A DNA stretch of 58,012 bases from Octopus bimaculoides. Taxonomy: Eukaryota. Both the position numbers and the translations under genes were made by a program. Positions within the stretch are counted from its first letter, which is position 1, and each line of letters begins with the position of its first letter. The stretch spans positions 182,702,251-182,760,262 of the forward strand of contig NC_068981.1 of assembly GCF_001194135.2 (NCBI RefSeq), given 5' to 3'. This document shows positions 1 through 13,081 of the stretch, piece after piece. The notes below the pieces were generated by a model. That model saw only the letters and a program-made list of their open reading frames with translations. It made no database searches and had not been told where the DNA came from.

Positions 1-38
1 TATATATATATATATATATATACATACATATATATATT

Positions 39-72
<34 letters not shown>

Positions 73-215
73 CATATACATACATATACATATACATATA
101 TATATATACATACATACATATATATATATACATATCATCATCATTGTCACACATACACATACATATACATATATATATATGTATACATACATACATATAT
201 ATACACACACATGAT
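1..215. repeat. (TA)n/(TACA)n microsatellite
   Basis: Directly visible. Confidence 0.95.
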
Positions 216-2601
216 GGACTCTCCTCTGTCAAAGGTGATGTACTGAGTGTTCAGCCATTGCTGAACAACCTGCACAAATGATTTGTTTTTAGTGATCAAA
301 TGTATGTGCTGTAAATTAGCTCACTCCCTCCATCAAATTGACGTTGCCTGAACAAGCTGCATGGTGTGCCACACATCAAAATGTCTTACTAGTTTTTTCT
401 TAATAAAACACACTAAATTCATGTTCAGTACTATTTCATCATAACTTGCTTCCATTTCATGTTTTTCTTTCCTTTTCTTTTCTTTTTTCATGCATATTTT
501 CTTTCTTCTTCATTCCTCCATTATTTCTTTCACACACACACACACTTAATTGACGGAAAAGTTACAAAAGTATTTCAAGAGCTGAGAATTTTGTGCATGG
601 CACTTTAGGACATCCTCTGTAGAACATGTGAAATCTAACACACAGAATTTAGCAACAAAACTGCAACAGATTGCTGTCAGCCCAAGTACTGCTTGAGCCT
701 GTGCCTTTTTAGCTAATTAAAGGAGCTGTTTTAATTAATTTATCACAGCTAAGTCATCATTTGTTTCAGCATAAATCAATTTGCTACCGTACGGTCATGC
801 TGATTATATGAATTCAAAAAATCAGGCAACATTAACAGCAAATTTATATAATGATCTGGAAATTGCTATTCATACGTCATCATCATCGTCATTTAACGCC
901 TGTTTTTCCATGCTGGCATGGGTTGGACAGCTTGACAGGATGTAGCGAGGCCAGGGGCCACACCAAGTCCCATAGTCTGTTTTTGGCTTGGTTTCTACAG
1001 CTGGATGCCCTTATTTTACAGAGTGTACTGAGAACTTTTTACATGACACATGCACCAGTGCTTTTTTACATGGTACCAACACCAATGCTTTGGCAAGTTC
1101 ATTTACACACAATTCCACCAAGATATGGAACCAAACACTAACACAATAAAATGGCTGTAGTGAGAAAGGTTGGTAAACCTATGTTTAATGACAAGCATTT
1201 AATCATTAACTTTGTTGAGCAGAGTTATGGGCATGAAGTTTTATATCATGTCATCTCTCCATCATCTTAGGACAGCTACTATGTAGTGGTTGACGGTTGA
1301 CCCTGTCAAAAGCTTTAGACTTATTGAAATTGACTGATGCCTCACCAAAGCTAAATCTATTGCCAACCTGCTTTATTGTCTATCTCATCAGATACAGGCT
1401 GTCATAAACCTACCGATGGTCACATAGGTTTGTGCATCACTACATTACTAACAACAAGTTTCAAAATCATTAACTCTGTGTTGAGCAGAGTTATGGGTGA
1501 GAAGATTTTTTTACCATTCACTCTTAGTAGTGTCAATACCCATCTTCTCTCTTGATAAGGAATGCACTCAGTCAGCTACTTGTTTCAGTATATTGCTGCC
1601 AAGACAGGAGAATACAGATGCACTCATCTTCCAGAATCTGAGTTCCTGTCTATAGGTCTATTCTAAGTTGATTGTACATGTTATGAATTTGTGGTCCTTG
1701 TAGCCCCTATCTGAAACTATGGAAATCTTAGACTATCTAAATATGACTAGGATGCCCTATTGTGATTTCTCTAAGTCCATATTAATACGTTCAAGAAATC
1801 AAGGCAAAAAGTTGTCAAACAGTTGGAAGTGTCTGGGAAGGTTTGCATCCCCTCTCTTATTGGGTACTCTCACATAATTCTTGAGCATGCCCAAAATGCC
1901 AATCCAGCTGCCCTCAAACTCTATTGGTAATGCTTGCAGCAGTGACTATATATCTAAAAAATTCTGACTCTTCTTTCTCTCCTCAATGCAGAAATATCCA
2001 CTTATCTGATACCTCTTTCACCACCCAAACTGCTGCTCATGTTTGGGGACTTAGAGGTAAATACAGTTTTCCTAGACTGAATTTATTATCCGAGTCTAGA
2101 AAACCATATTCATCTCTAGGCACAGGTTTTTCTGAAATAGTTGTTACACTGCTTCATCCAGACTGATCAAAAAGAGGAGGTTGAACCAGTTTGTAATCTG
2201 ATAATGTTGAGTCGGTCTTCTAGCTTCCATACTGACCATAAGCAATGTATTTTTACACTATTTATTTTAGTATAGCTATTTAAGCAAAAATTTGGGAAAA
2301 TAGTTATTTACCCTGTTCATATTTTCACTTGAATTAAGAATTTCATCTTTGTTAGAGAGAACGTACTCCATTAACTCTATATCTTCTTTCAGAAAGCTGT
2401 ATAGTTGAGAGGTTTGAATGTGAGTTGTTATTGCTGTGGTTGTAATTATTGTAGCATTTGTGGCTGTTATTCTTGATGTGCCTTTTGATGTTGCTGTGCT
2501 TATTACCTCTGCCTTAGCGAAGGTGAGTGGAGGCACAATGGCCCAGTGGTTATGGCAGCGGACTCGCGGTCATAGGATCGCGGCTTCGATTCCCAGACCG
2601 G

Positions 2602-2696
2602 GGAAAACTCAAGATATATGCATCAGAGGACACTGACTTAGATGCTATGACTTATGTTCGTAATAATGGACGTCCTGATCTTTTCATCACTTTTAC
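2602..2696 (+). mobile_element. Helitron Rep fragment (duplicate of 6656-6749)
   Basis: Encodes DAMTYVRNNGRPDLFITF; near-identical to 6656-6749 and ends at a gap. Confidence 0.8.
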
Positions 2697-2964
2697 NNNN
2701 NNNNNNNNNNNNNNNNNNNNNNNNNNNNNNNNNNNNNNNNNNNNNNNNNNNNNNNNNNNNNNNNNNNNNNNNNNNNNNNNNNNNNNNNNNNNNNNNNNNN
2801 NNNNNNNNNNNNNNNNNNNNNNNNNNNNNNNNNNNNNNNNNNNNNNNNNGTTTGAATGTGAGTTGTTATTGCTGTGGTTGTAATTATTGTAGCATTTGTG
2901 GCTGTTATTCTTGATGTGCCTTTTGATGTTGCTGTGCTTATTACCTCTGCCTTAGCGAAGGTGA

Positions 2965-3342
2965 GTGGAGGCACAATGGCCCAGTGGTTATGGCAGCGGA
3001 CTCGCGGTCATAGGATCGCGGCTTCGATTCCCAGACCGGGCGTTGTGAGTGTTTATTGAGTGGAAACACCACGAGGCTCCAGCAGGGGATGGTGGCGAAC
3101 CCTGCTGTACTCTTTCACCACAACTTTCTCTCACTCTTACTTCCTGTTTCTGTTGTGCCTGTAATTCAAAGGGTCAGCCTTGTCACACTGTGTCGCGCTG
3201 AATATCCCCAAGAACTATGTTAAGGGTACACATGTCTGTGGAGTGCTCAACCACTTGCATGTTAATTTCACGAGCAGGCTGTTCCGTTGATCGGATCAAC
3301 TGGAACCCTCGTCGTCGTAAGCGACGGAGTGCCAACAACAAC
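2965..3342 (+). mobile_element. tRNA-derived SINE, family A
   Basis: A-box TGGCCCAGTGG, B-box-like TTCGATTCC and (CAA)n tail; 10-bp TSD agcgaaggtg at 2954-2963 and 3343-3352. Confidence 0.9.
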
Positions 3343-4016
3343 AGCGAAGGTGGAGATATTGTTTTCAGTCATGTTTGCTTGTTCATCCGTGGACAAGATA
3401 TCTAAAGAACTGCTGGATGGATTCAAATGAAACTTTCAGGGATGTTTGGCCTCGTGACTGGCACGAACTGATTAGATTTTAGGATCGATCCAGTGCCAGA
3501 CAAGGATTCTGGATTATTTTCCGTTTTTTTTTACTTAATTTTTGAGAGCAGTTGGGTTCATTTTTAGTTTTCTCATTTGTGGTAGCAGTTGAGCTTATTT
3601 CATTGGTGTTGCCTTGGCAGAGGTTTGCACTCTCTGAGTACTCTTGTTGTCATTGTTTCTGTTCTTGATGCTGCTGTTTTCGGTTTATATCTCCAGTTGT
3701 TGAATCTTCTTTTTCTGATGCTGTTGTTGATGTGATTGTTGGCTTATCAAACGGTCAGACTGCTTGACCTTTTTTATTATTATTTCTTTTAATGTTGTTT
3801 TGTTTGGTAGGAAGCTTCAGTCACCAGATTGTCCCCTCTTCCATTTAGAATGCCCTTCCACTATCTGCCATTTAGACATCTTTGGTTTGTGACTACATAT
3901 GAGAGGACATATTTGCTTCCAATCACTTTATTTTTCCTTGATTTTAGTTGCTGTTGTTGTTGGTGATGATGGTGGGGAACATTTCTTTAGAATCCAGTTA
4001 CAACAACAACAACGAT

Positions 4017-4066
<50 letters not shown>

Positions 4067-4078
4067 TAATAATAATAA

Positions 4079-4291
4079 TCCTTTCTACTGGAAGCACAAG
4101 GCCTCAAATTTGGGAGAAGGGATTAAGTTGATTACATCGACTCCAGTGCATAACTGGTACTTATTTAATCAACTCCGAAAGGATGAAAGGAAAAGTTGAC
4201 CTCGGTGGAATTTGAACTCAGAACGTAGCAGCAGACGAAATACTGCTAAGCATTTTGCCTGGCATGCTAACGATTCTGCCAGCTTGCTCCC
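4079..4291 (-). mobile_element. tRNA-derived SINE, family B
   Basis: B-box GAGTTCAAATTCC on the minus strand; homologous copies at about 41250-41467 (-) and a degenerate one at about 37130-37270 (+). Confidence 0.75.
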
Positions 4292-4292
4292 T

Positions 4293-4337
<45 letters not shown>

Positions 4338-4384
4338 GTTTTAAATTTTGATACAAGGCCAGTAATTTTGAGGGAGGGATTAAG

Positions 4385-5050
4385 AGCCTCAAAAGTGAAT
4401 GTGGTACATATTGTGATCAGTCCACTTGGGACCATCTCAAACAAAACAATATTCTGGCACCAAAAGCTGCCAATACCAAACTTCATTGGAAGTACTCAGT
4501 TGGTGGCAATACTGGGAACAGCTCATGTTTTGAACCTGAAAGAGACAGATAATCTCTCAAAATATTGTTCAAACAGTTAAATAAACAATCTGTTACAAAT
4601 CGCATTGTGCTCTTTTTATTGTCTATTTACCTTTGTGAAGAGTTATGTCAATCTTTATAATCATAATAATGATATCAGTACCAACAGATGACAACGTTTC
4701 TCGAAAAGGAATGGAAAAACTTTCAAAATACAAAGACCTGGAAATAGAGGTAACTCGAATGTGGAATCTAAAAACAGAAACAATTCCTATAATAGTAGGT
4801 GCCTTAGGTATAATAAAAAAATATTCAGACAAAATCATAACAAAAACAACAGGACTTACAAATATATATAACATACAGAAAATTGCACTACTGGGCACTG
4901 CACATATCATTCGCAAAACACTTTCAATACAGTAACCATAAGAGCATCACAACAAACCACAGCACATACCCAAGGCACACAGAGCTGCACACAATAGTGT
5001 AGTGAAAGCATGTGATAAAAATAAAACTACTGAATGATAATGTTAATAAT
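4385..5050 (+). mobile_element. R4/Dong-type non-LTR retrotransposon 3' fragments (restriction-like endonuclease domain)
   Basis: ISVPTDDNVSRKGMEKLSKYKDL...IIVGALG...LLGTAHIIRKTL at 4645-4935, plus a more decayed LGTAHVL copy at about 4385-4540; bordered by (TAA)n. Confidence 0.8.
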
Positions 5051-5074
5051 AATAACAGTAGTAGTAGCAACTTC

Positions 5075-6204
5075 TCTTGAAAGTTGACAAAGTTTGGTAT
5101 TGTGGTGTTTATCAAGTACCTGCAGAAAAATGCTTTGGTCCATGACATTCATGCTGATATTATCCCCTAATGTTGTTACATTAGGGGATGATGTTCCATC
5201 TTTGTCAACTGTGCATAAGTGGACAGCTGGATTTAAGAGGGAAGGAAGAGGCTTGTAGATGACCCAAGGTCTAGACGTCTTGCAACTGCCACTCCTAAGG
5301 AAAGCATTCATTGCATGGACCACATGGTGATGGATAACTGGTGTTTGACTATAAATCAAATAGCCAATGCTATTAACATACCCCATGAGAGAGTTGAGAA
5401 TATTCTGCACAATGAATTTGGCATGATGAAGGTTTCTGTTCAGTGGGTGCTACATCTTCTGACACCTGATCAAAAGTGCACCAGGCTGATTACATCATGG
5501 GAAAATCTGACATCATTTGAGGCAGTTCCATCTGGTTTCCTTCCTTGAATGTTTTTGAACCCAGGATGAGTGTTGGCTTCATCACTTTGAACTGAAGATA
5601 AAGAGACAATCCATGCAGTGGAAACACCCCCTCCTCACCTGCTCCGAAGAAGACTAAGGGCGTTTCATCTGATAGTCTCAGTTTTTTGGGATGCAAAAGA
5701 CATTGTATTTATTGACTATTTTCATAAGGGCCATGCCATCAATGGAGATTACTATGCCAACTGATGAGGCAGTTATGAAAGCTATCAAGACCAAACACCT
5801 TGGAAAACTGACAAAAAGGGTCTTGTTTCACCAGAACAATGCTCCAGCATACAAGTCCTTGGTTTGAATGGCTGCTGTACATGACTATGGCTTTGAACTG
5901 GTTGATCACTCACCTGTTCTTCTGATTTTGTCCCACTTGACTATCATCTCTTCCTCAAATGGAAAAACACTTGGCTGGGAACCAGAACCACAGTCATGAT
6001 GATGTCATATCTATATCTGCTGTTGATGGCTTTTTTGAGCAACAGCATGAAATTGTCTTCACCGATGAGATGCAAGCACTGCAATACCAATGGAAGAAGT
6101 GTGTGTGGACACCAAAGGGCATTATGTTGAAAAGTAAACCTCATTTGGTCACATTTCAAGAAAGTATTTTGGTCAGCCTAGGAACTTTTCAGCCAACCCT
6201 CGTA
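5075..6204 (+). mobile_element. Decayed mariner transposon
   Basis: Frameshifted transposase with WVLHLL (WVPHEL-like), QSMQWKHP and DYHLF motifs; right TIR aacttttcagccaaccctcg followed by TA at 6183-6204. Confidence 0.9.
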
Positions 6205-6559
6205 TAATGCAGGAATTAAGGTTTAAAAGCGAGAGTACACATCAGATAAAACGGAAAATACACTTGCGTGTACACACACACATACACCCTATAAAAGAAC
6301 TTCCTGTTTTTCTCTCCCACCAATTTGTCTGTCTGTCTGTCTGTCTGTCTCTCTCCTTTACTCCTCCCTATTTTCTTATTTGCATCACACTTTCTCTCAC
6401 TGAACTCTCTCCTTCCTTTAATTTTCCCCCTCTATTCCCCTCTTTCCTTCTCGGTCACACATGTAGCTATTTGACAGCCATGTACCCCAATGTATTGCTT
6501 TGTCTGTCCTTTTGCTGTCCCCTCTATGTTATGGCCGTAGTGCCAAAGTAAAGAAAGAA

Positions 6560-7300
6560 ATGTTTATCATACATGCATTTACGAGATGGCGTTAAAAATG
6601 ATATCGCTGGGTGAGAGCTTGGAAAACTTTGTATAGCTCCCTTCCACTTTTATAGAAAACTCAAGATATATGCATCAGAGGACACTGACTTAGATGCTAT
6701 GACTTATGTTTCGTAATAATGGACGTCCTGATCTTTTCATCACTTTTACTTGGAATCCTGTGGAGGCGCAATGGCCCAGTGGTTAGGGCAGCGGATTCGC
6801 GGTCATAAGATCGCGGTTTCGATTCCCAGACCGGGCGTTGTGAGTGTTTATTGAGCGAAAACACCTAAAGCTCCATGAGGCTCCAGCAGGGGATGGTGGC
6901 AAACCCTGCTGTACTCTTTCACCACAACTTTCTCTCACTCTTTCTTCCTGTTTCTGTTGTACCTGTATTTTCAAAGGGGCCAGTCTTGTCACACTATGTC
7001 ACGCTAAATATCCCCAAGAACTACGTTAAGGGTACACGTGTCTGTGGAGTACTCAGCCACTTGCACGTTAATTTCACGAGCAGGCTGTTCCGTTGATCGG
7101 ATCAACTGGAACCCTCGACGTCGTAAGCGACGGAGTGCCAACAACCTGGAATCCTAAACAGGACGAAGACCAGAGATATTTCCAAGGCAGTTCTACACCA
7201 GTTGGAATGATCTAATAGCAAAACTATAATTTAGCGGATCAAGTATTAATATGGCTAAAATACATGATCTGGAAGAATATTATAAATACAACTGTTACTT
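6560..7300 (+). mobile_element. Helitron Rep fragment interrupted by a SINE
   Basis: LPSTF...RYMHQRT..DAMTYVRNNGRPDLFITFTWNP; the reading continues after the SINE. Confidence 0.8.
6760..7146 (+). mobile_element. tRNA-derived SINE, family A
   Basis: Full length; TSD tggaatcct at 6751-6759 and 7147-7155. Confidence 0.9.
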
Positions 7301-7858
7301 AAAATGTTGCAGTTGTCGCCTGAAGTTAAAACAACTTTTCTAATATTTTAATCTACCTATACAAGTAAATATATGTTGATTGATAGATGAGACATAGAGA
7401 CTAATAGATAGACATGTAAATAAACCGCGAAACATTTATAAATAGTTATATATTTAGATATAAAACTTGAATATTCAAGCCATATAGATTTTAATACATT
7501 TTTAAAGATATAGGAAACGTAAACATCTCGAGTTATTTCCCTTGCACCATTATATTTTGATTTTTCGATTTTTTGCATTCACGGAATTTATCTTTGCATT
7601 CACGGAATTTATCTTTGTCTCTCTCAGACTGCAGCCATGCTGGGGGAACTGCCTTGAAAAGTGTAGTCGAACAAATCGCCCCCAGTACTTATTTTTAAAG
7701 TATGGTATTAATTCCACCGGGAACGTAAATAAACCAACACTGTGGAGAACTAACACAGCCACACAAACATATACACACGACGGTCTTCTTTCAGTTTCCG
7801 CTTACCAATTCTACTCACAAGGCTTTGATCGGCCTGAAGCTTATAGTAGAAGACACTT

Positions 7859-9183
7859 AGCGGAGGTAAAGACAATGGACCGCACCCCTCTGGGATGTTC
7901 TTTCGATTTTTTTTTTTTACAGGAACCCACTAGGATCTTTCTGAATTGATGGGCACCACTTGTTTTCTTAACGAAACACTTTCAAACTTGGGATACTGGT
8001 AGAATGTGTCATATAAAACATCTTTTTCTCTTAGCCTTCTTAACAAAAATTTCTATTCTATAACACAGTTTCTGTTTTGTAACATAAAACGAAGTTTGAA
8101 AGTGTGTCGATACCAAAAACACTACATAAAACATAAATGAAAAGTGGTGCCCGTCAGTTCGGAAAGATCCACCCACTATATCGAGTGCGGAGATTCCGAA
8201 TCTGCAAAAAAATCTGCAATTCAAAATTTAAATCTCCGTACCACTAAATTTCTTAAATTTTCACTTAAAAAAAAATTTTTTTTTTTGGCGAAATACGTAG
8301 AAAAATACGGAGATTATGATTCTGAAAAAAAAAAAAATTCTGTAAAATTTTAATTTTTCAAAATAATAAATAAATAAAATAAACACCCCTCCTCTCATGA
8401 CAAGAAGTGAAATTAAAGTGTTTTCTTTACTAATGACGAACATAACCCAACATGTTGTGGTCAGGGTCTTTTGGAATTAAGAGAGGTATGTAAAAATTAG
8501 ATATTTTGCTCACACACACGCAACAAAATGACAGTTAAAAAAAGTTTCTTCTATTTTGGTAATTCGTATTTAGAAAGTTAATCCCCGGTTTGGCTTTTGT
8601 NNNNNNNNNNNNNNNNNNNNNNNNNNNNNNNNNNNNNNNNNNNNNNNNNNNNNNNNNNNNNNNNNNNNNNNNNNNNNNNNNNNNNNNNNNNNNNNNNNNN
8701 NNNNNNNNNNNNNNNNNNNNNNNNNNNNNNNNNNNNNNNNNNNNNNNNNNNNNNNNNNNNNNNNNNNNNNNNNNNNNNNNNNNNNNNNNNNNNNNNNNNN
8801 NNNNNNNNNNNNNNNNNNNNNNNNNNNNNNNNNNNNNNNNNNNNNNNNNNNNNNNNNNNNNNNNNNNNNNNNNNNNNNNNNNNNNNNNNNNNNNNNNNNN
8901 NNNNNNNNNNNNNNNNNNNNNTTATTTATTTATTATTTTCTTTTTTTTTGAAAAAATGAATTTTACAAATTTTTTTTTCAGCATCATAATCTCCGTATTT
9001 TTCTGCGTATTTCGCCAAAACTATTTTTTAAAAGTGAAAATTTAAGAAATAGTCGGGTGGTGGGGAATTAAAATTTTGAAATGCAGATTTCTTTTGCAGA
9101 TTCGGAATTTCCGCACTCAATATAGTGGGTTCCTGTAAAAAAAAAAAAAAAAAATCCCAAAGTCCATTGTTTTTACCTCCGCC
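7859..9183. mobile_element. Non-autonomous long-TIR DNA transposon (MULE- or Merlin-like) with 9-bp TSD
   Basis: Ends (a/g)gcggaggtaaa..caatggac and gtccattg..tttacctccgcc; about 200 bp more inverted similarity (8180-8380 vs 8920-9120); TSD aagacactt 7850-7858 and aagacattt 9184-9192. Confidence 0.8.
7933..8170. mobile_element. MITE with GG-starting TIRs and 8-bp TSD, nested in the previous element
   Basis: TIRs ggatctttctgaattgatgggcaccact and agtggtgcccgtcagttcggaaagatcc; perfect TSD acccacta at 7925-7932 and 8171-8178. Confidence 0.85.
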
Positions 9184-10102
9184 AAGACATTTGTCCAAGG
9201 TGCCACGCAGTGGGACTGAAGCCAGTACCATGTGGTTGGAAAGTGAACTTCTTACTGCGCAGTCACTGCCGCGTTTAGGAATAAGTTCTACAGTTTTCCA
9301 CATTATTTTTGTTATGCACATTGATGTTTGTATATCTTTCTATATATGAAAAAAAGGCACCGTCATGGTATTAGCTGTCAGAAATGAAAGTAGAAAAATC
9401 CAAACAAGATTGTTACTGCTGGTTTGAGTTGAAATCTGTTTCTTTGGCTACTGACTGGCCGGAGCTATCTTGTCTTGTCTGTCTCTGTCTCTTTCTCTCT
9501 CTCTCTCTCTNNNNNNNNNNNNNNNNNNNNNNNNNNNNNNNNNNNNNNNNNNNNNNNNNNNNNNNNNNNNNNNNNNNNNNNNNNNNNNNNNNNNNNNNNN
9601 NNNNNNNNNNNNNNNNNNNNNNNNNNNNNNNNNNNNNNNNNNNNNNNNNNNNNNNNNNNNNNNNNNNNNNNNNNNNNNNNNNNNNNNNNNNNNNNNNNNN
9701 NNNNNNNNNNNNNNNNNNNNNNNNNNNNNNNNNNNNNNNNNNNNNNNNNNNNNNNNNNNNNNNNNNNNNNNNNNNNNNNNNNNNNNNNNNNNNNNNNNNN
9801 NNNNNNNNNNNNNNNNNNNNNNNNNNNNNNNNNNNNNNNNNNNNNNNNNNNNNNNNNNNNNNNNNNNNNNNNNNNNNNNNNNNNNNNNNNNNNNNNNNNN
9901 NNNNNNNNNNNNNNNNNNNNNNNNNNNNNNNNNNNNNNNNNNNNNNNNNNNNNNNNNNNNNNNNNNNNNNNNNNNNNNNNNNNNNNNNNNNNNNNNNNNN
10001 NNNNNNNNNNNNNNNNNNNNNNNNNNNNNNNNNNNNNNNNNNNNNNNNNNNNNNNNNNNNNNNNNNNNNNNNNNNNNNNNNNNNNNNNNNNNNNNNNNNN
10101 NN

Positions 10103-11332
10103 TGTGTGTGTATGTGCAATGGAAGTGGGATGGTGATATAATACTCTTGTGTCTTTTTCCATCACAACATATGAATGAGAAAGGAAGGGTGAAAAAAAAT
10201 CAAACAGCGTTTCAACTCTGTGTGAGTATATGTGTGTGTATGTACAGGGGATGTTTTTATGTAAAATGGTGGTATGTGAATATTTGTGTGTGTGTGTATG
10301 TGCAATGGAAGTGGGATGGTGATATAATACTCTTGTGTTTTTCTCCGTCACAACATATGAATGAGAAAGGAAAGGGGTGATGGAAACTCTACGGTGAAAA
10401 AAAAAGATCAAACAGCGTTTCAATTTTGTGTGTGTGTGTGTATGTAAAATGGGGGTATGTGAATGTTTGTGTGTGTGTGCAACGGAAGTGAGACGGTGAG
10501 CATTCAACGCTGAAAAGAAAAATCAAACAGCGTTTCAACTCTGTGTATTTGGTATTTACTTGCCAGCTCCCGTGTTTGGTCACGGCCAGCTTTATGTGGC
10601 CTTAAGTCGTGCAAGAAGGAAAGGAAACTTAAAATTTTTTTTGAAGGAAACAGGCAGTCAAGGGATGTTAGTTGCGGATAGATTTTCACAAAATATTTGG
10701 TAATAAAAGAATTATTAAACTAAAAACTTGGTTTTGTACCTTATTCATATACAAAATACTACAATTAGCCGTTATTTTTGACGGTACGGGGTCAGCTAGT
10801 CCACTAATATATAATTCTCTTGTGTGTTTGTCCATCACAAGAGATGACTGACGAAGGAAGGGGTGATATCCATCGATGGAAGTGGGATGGTGAAAATTCA
10901 ATGGTGAAAAAAATATCAAACAGCGCTTCAACTCTGTGTGCGTGTATGTGTGTGGGTGTAAAAGGGAGGTATGTGAATGTTTGTGTGTGTGTGTGTGTTT
11001 GTATAAAATATATTTGTATATAATATTTAAGTGAGTGTGCATATGTTTTTGTATATTTAGAAAGATTCACAGAAAATAGAATTACTGATACATGCGCATT
11101 TACACATACATATATATAAACACACTTAAAAAGAAGAGGGCTGTGACAAAGTGTAAGAAAACCGCGTTCGCTACAGACTGCATATGTGTACATATAAATG
11201 TATACATATGCACATAAACAGAGTTCGAAGCGCTGTTTGATTTTTTTTCACCGTTTTTATATATAAAAAATTACAATTAGCGGTAAAATTTGCCCAATTA
11301 GCCATCATTTTTGACGGCACGGGGTCAGTTAG
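10103..11332 (+). mobile_element. Helitron 3' region: tandem subrepeats, PIF1 C-terminal fragment and two 3' termini
   Basis: GIYLPAPVFGHGQLYVALSRAR from 10551; ccgt..acgg hairpin plus CTAG at 10796-10799; second end (..gacggcacggggtcagttag) at about 11296-11332; repeated aaaaaatcaaacagcgtttcaactctgtg units. Confidence 0.85.
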
Positions 11333-12032
11333 TTTCAGAATAAATAAACATCATGTTCATTCGTCACGAACATGTAAGTTCTGAGAAAGGATGGAATAAT
11401 GTTATTTTGTTTATCTTTTCTCATATTCACCGCTTGAATTATCTGCCCTTCCTATCTGACACGCGGTGTCTTAGAATAACTCGAAGCACATGTTTCAGTT
11501 AATTTGATGAAATGAACGGTTTAAAAAAAGCATAACATTTCTCTAATATACCAATCAGTATATTGAAATATATCTCTTGAACTAATCCACAGACAAGTGT
11601 CTTTTGAATTTGTCATCAACATCTCCGGAAGGTATTGTATTTCTTTTTTCATTCTGTATATCGTCTCGACTTACAATACCTTTCTTTCGATACGTTTTAA
11701 ATATTTATTATATTATTATTAGCTTATTTTCCTCACGTTCTTCTGCTTTGTATTTTATTTTATACTCATGAACCAAGAAATTTTACGCTAAAACACGTTT
11801 AAAAGCAAAAATATAAGTTGATTTATATGAACGCAAAACGACAGGTATTCGTGGAATATTAAGTATAACACAGTTACATTGCTTTGATGCGATGAAATTA
11901 TAATTCATTGTTATTACTTATTATTAATGTCTCTTTTGCAATGTTGCTTTGCCATTTCTATATTTTAGCAATTTATTACTTGTTTCTGTCTGAACTTTCA
12001 TGTTAACTACATATCCGTAAGAACTAAAACTG

Positions 12033-13081
12033 GGTACTATTCAAGAAGAGTGGTCCCGGTGCGCGCATCCGCGCTATCTAGTCGTGACTAGTCGATCCTA
12101 TAACGACTATCTGCACATCATAGATTCATTTATTTCTACGATGTGCCCAAGTTCACCTATTTTGGTAGGGGTTACGCAAAAGATAACTACTTGTAATGTC
12201 CTTCATGTACTGATACCATTGAACAACAGTAGGGTAATCTTCCAGTTTCAAGAGGTTAAAAAAGTAAATAAAATACAAGGGAAATAACTGAACGTCTTAC
12301 CAGTATTATCCGTACTACTTTGTTTATAAATAAATCACGTGATTTGATTGACGTTAACTGTTTATATATAAATCACACACGTGATTCAATATCATAGTTT
12401 CTTATGAGAAATCGAAAATGCCTCGTGGAAGACCGGCTGCACAACATCGTATTGTTGCTGAAAACGAAATCCTCACTCGTGAATTAATATTAGAGGAAAA
12501 ATGGAAAATCTGTGATTTAAGCAGTAGCTCAAGATACAGAATGTTGTGCGCGTCGTCGACTTATTAGAAATAAGTTTACCTGCGACGACTATCTAGTACC
12601 ATGCGGACTTATTACACGTGGTGACAGAATAGATGGAAAAGAATGGTACTGTAAACTAAAAAAACATTTAAAACTTTTATAAAAAAAAAATCCCGTCGCA
12701 TGCTGTTTTAGATTCTTTTCTGCCTGTTAAAATTCCGTCGCATGCTGTTTTAGAGAAAAAGTAGTACGGATAATACTGGTAAGTCGTTCAGTTATTTCCC
12801 TTGAATATTTTTATTTATTCTTTTACCTCTCGAAAGGTAAAAGTAGATTTTTGAAAGACCGACTTTTTAATGGACTCTTTACCAAAAACAGGTAGGGTAT
12901 AATTTATTTACTTTGTTTAAAAAGAATAATTTACTTTATTTAGAAAAAAACCCTCATACATGTTTTGCGCATGACGCGCACTCGCGCTAGGTAGTCGTAG
13001 GATCGACTAGTCACGACTCGCTAGCTCGGATGCACAAGTGTGCGAGTGCCTGCACTGGGACCACTCTTCTTGAATAGTACC
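12033..13081 (+). mobile_element. Merlin-like internally deleted DNA transposon
   Basis: 25-bp perfect TIR ggtactattcaagaagagtggtccc extending imperfectly to about 80 bp; perfect 9-bp TSD ctaaaactg at 12024-12032 and 13082-13090; frameshifted ORF remnant at 12418-12670 ending in LIRNKFTCDDYLVPCGLITRGDRIDGKEWYCK. Confidence 0.8.

Larger units (their letters stand above)
7620..9275 (-). mobile_element. tRNA-derived SINE, family C, split by a DNA transposon
   Basis: Body at 7620-7858 and head at 9193-9275 match the intact copy at 53975-54372 in reverse. Confidence 0.75.

Noticed and set aside
2411-3040. Duplication of 2411-2601 at 2850-3040, with a jump from a SINE head into a copy of the Helitron fragment at 6656-6749
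   Set aside because: Near-identical copies flank an N gap and the junction is at a shared SINE head; most likely misassembly.
2965-3040. tRNA-like A and B boxes here and in other SINE heads
   Set aside because: They continue into SINE bodies with TSDs and lack a complete cloverleaf; not tRNA genes.
10103-11260. Repeat-spacer-like array
   Set aside because: Long degenerate units within a Helitron end in a eukaryote; not CRISPR.
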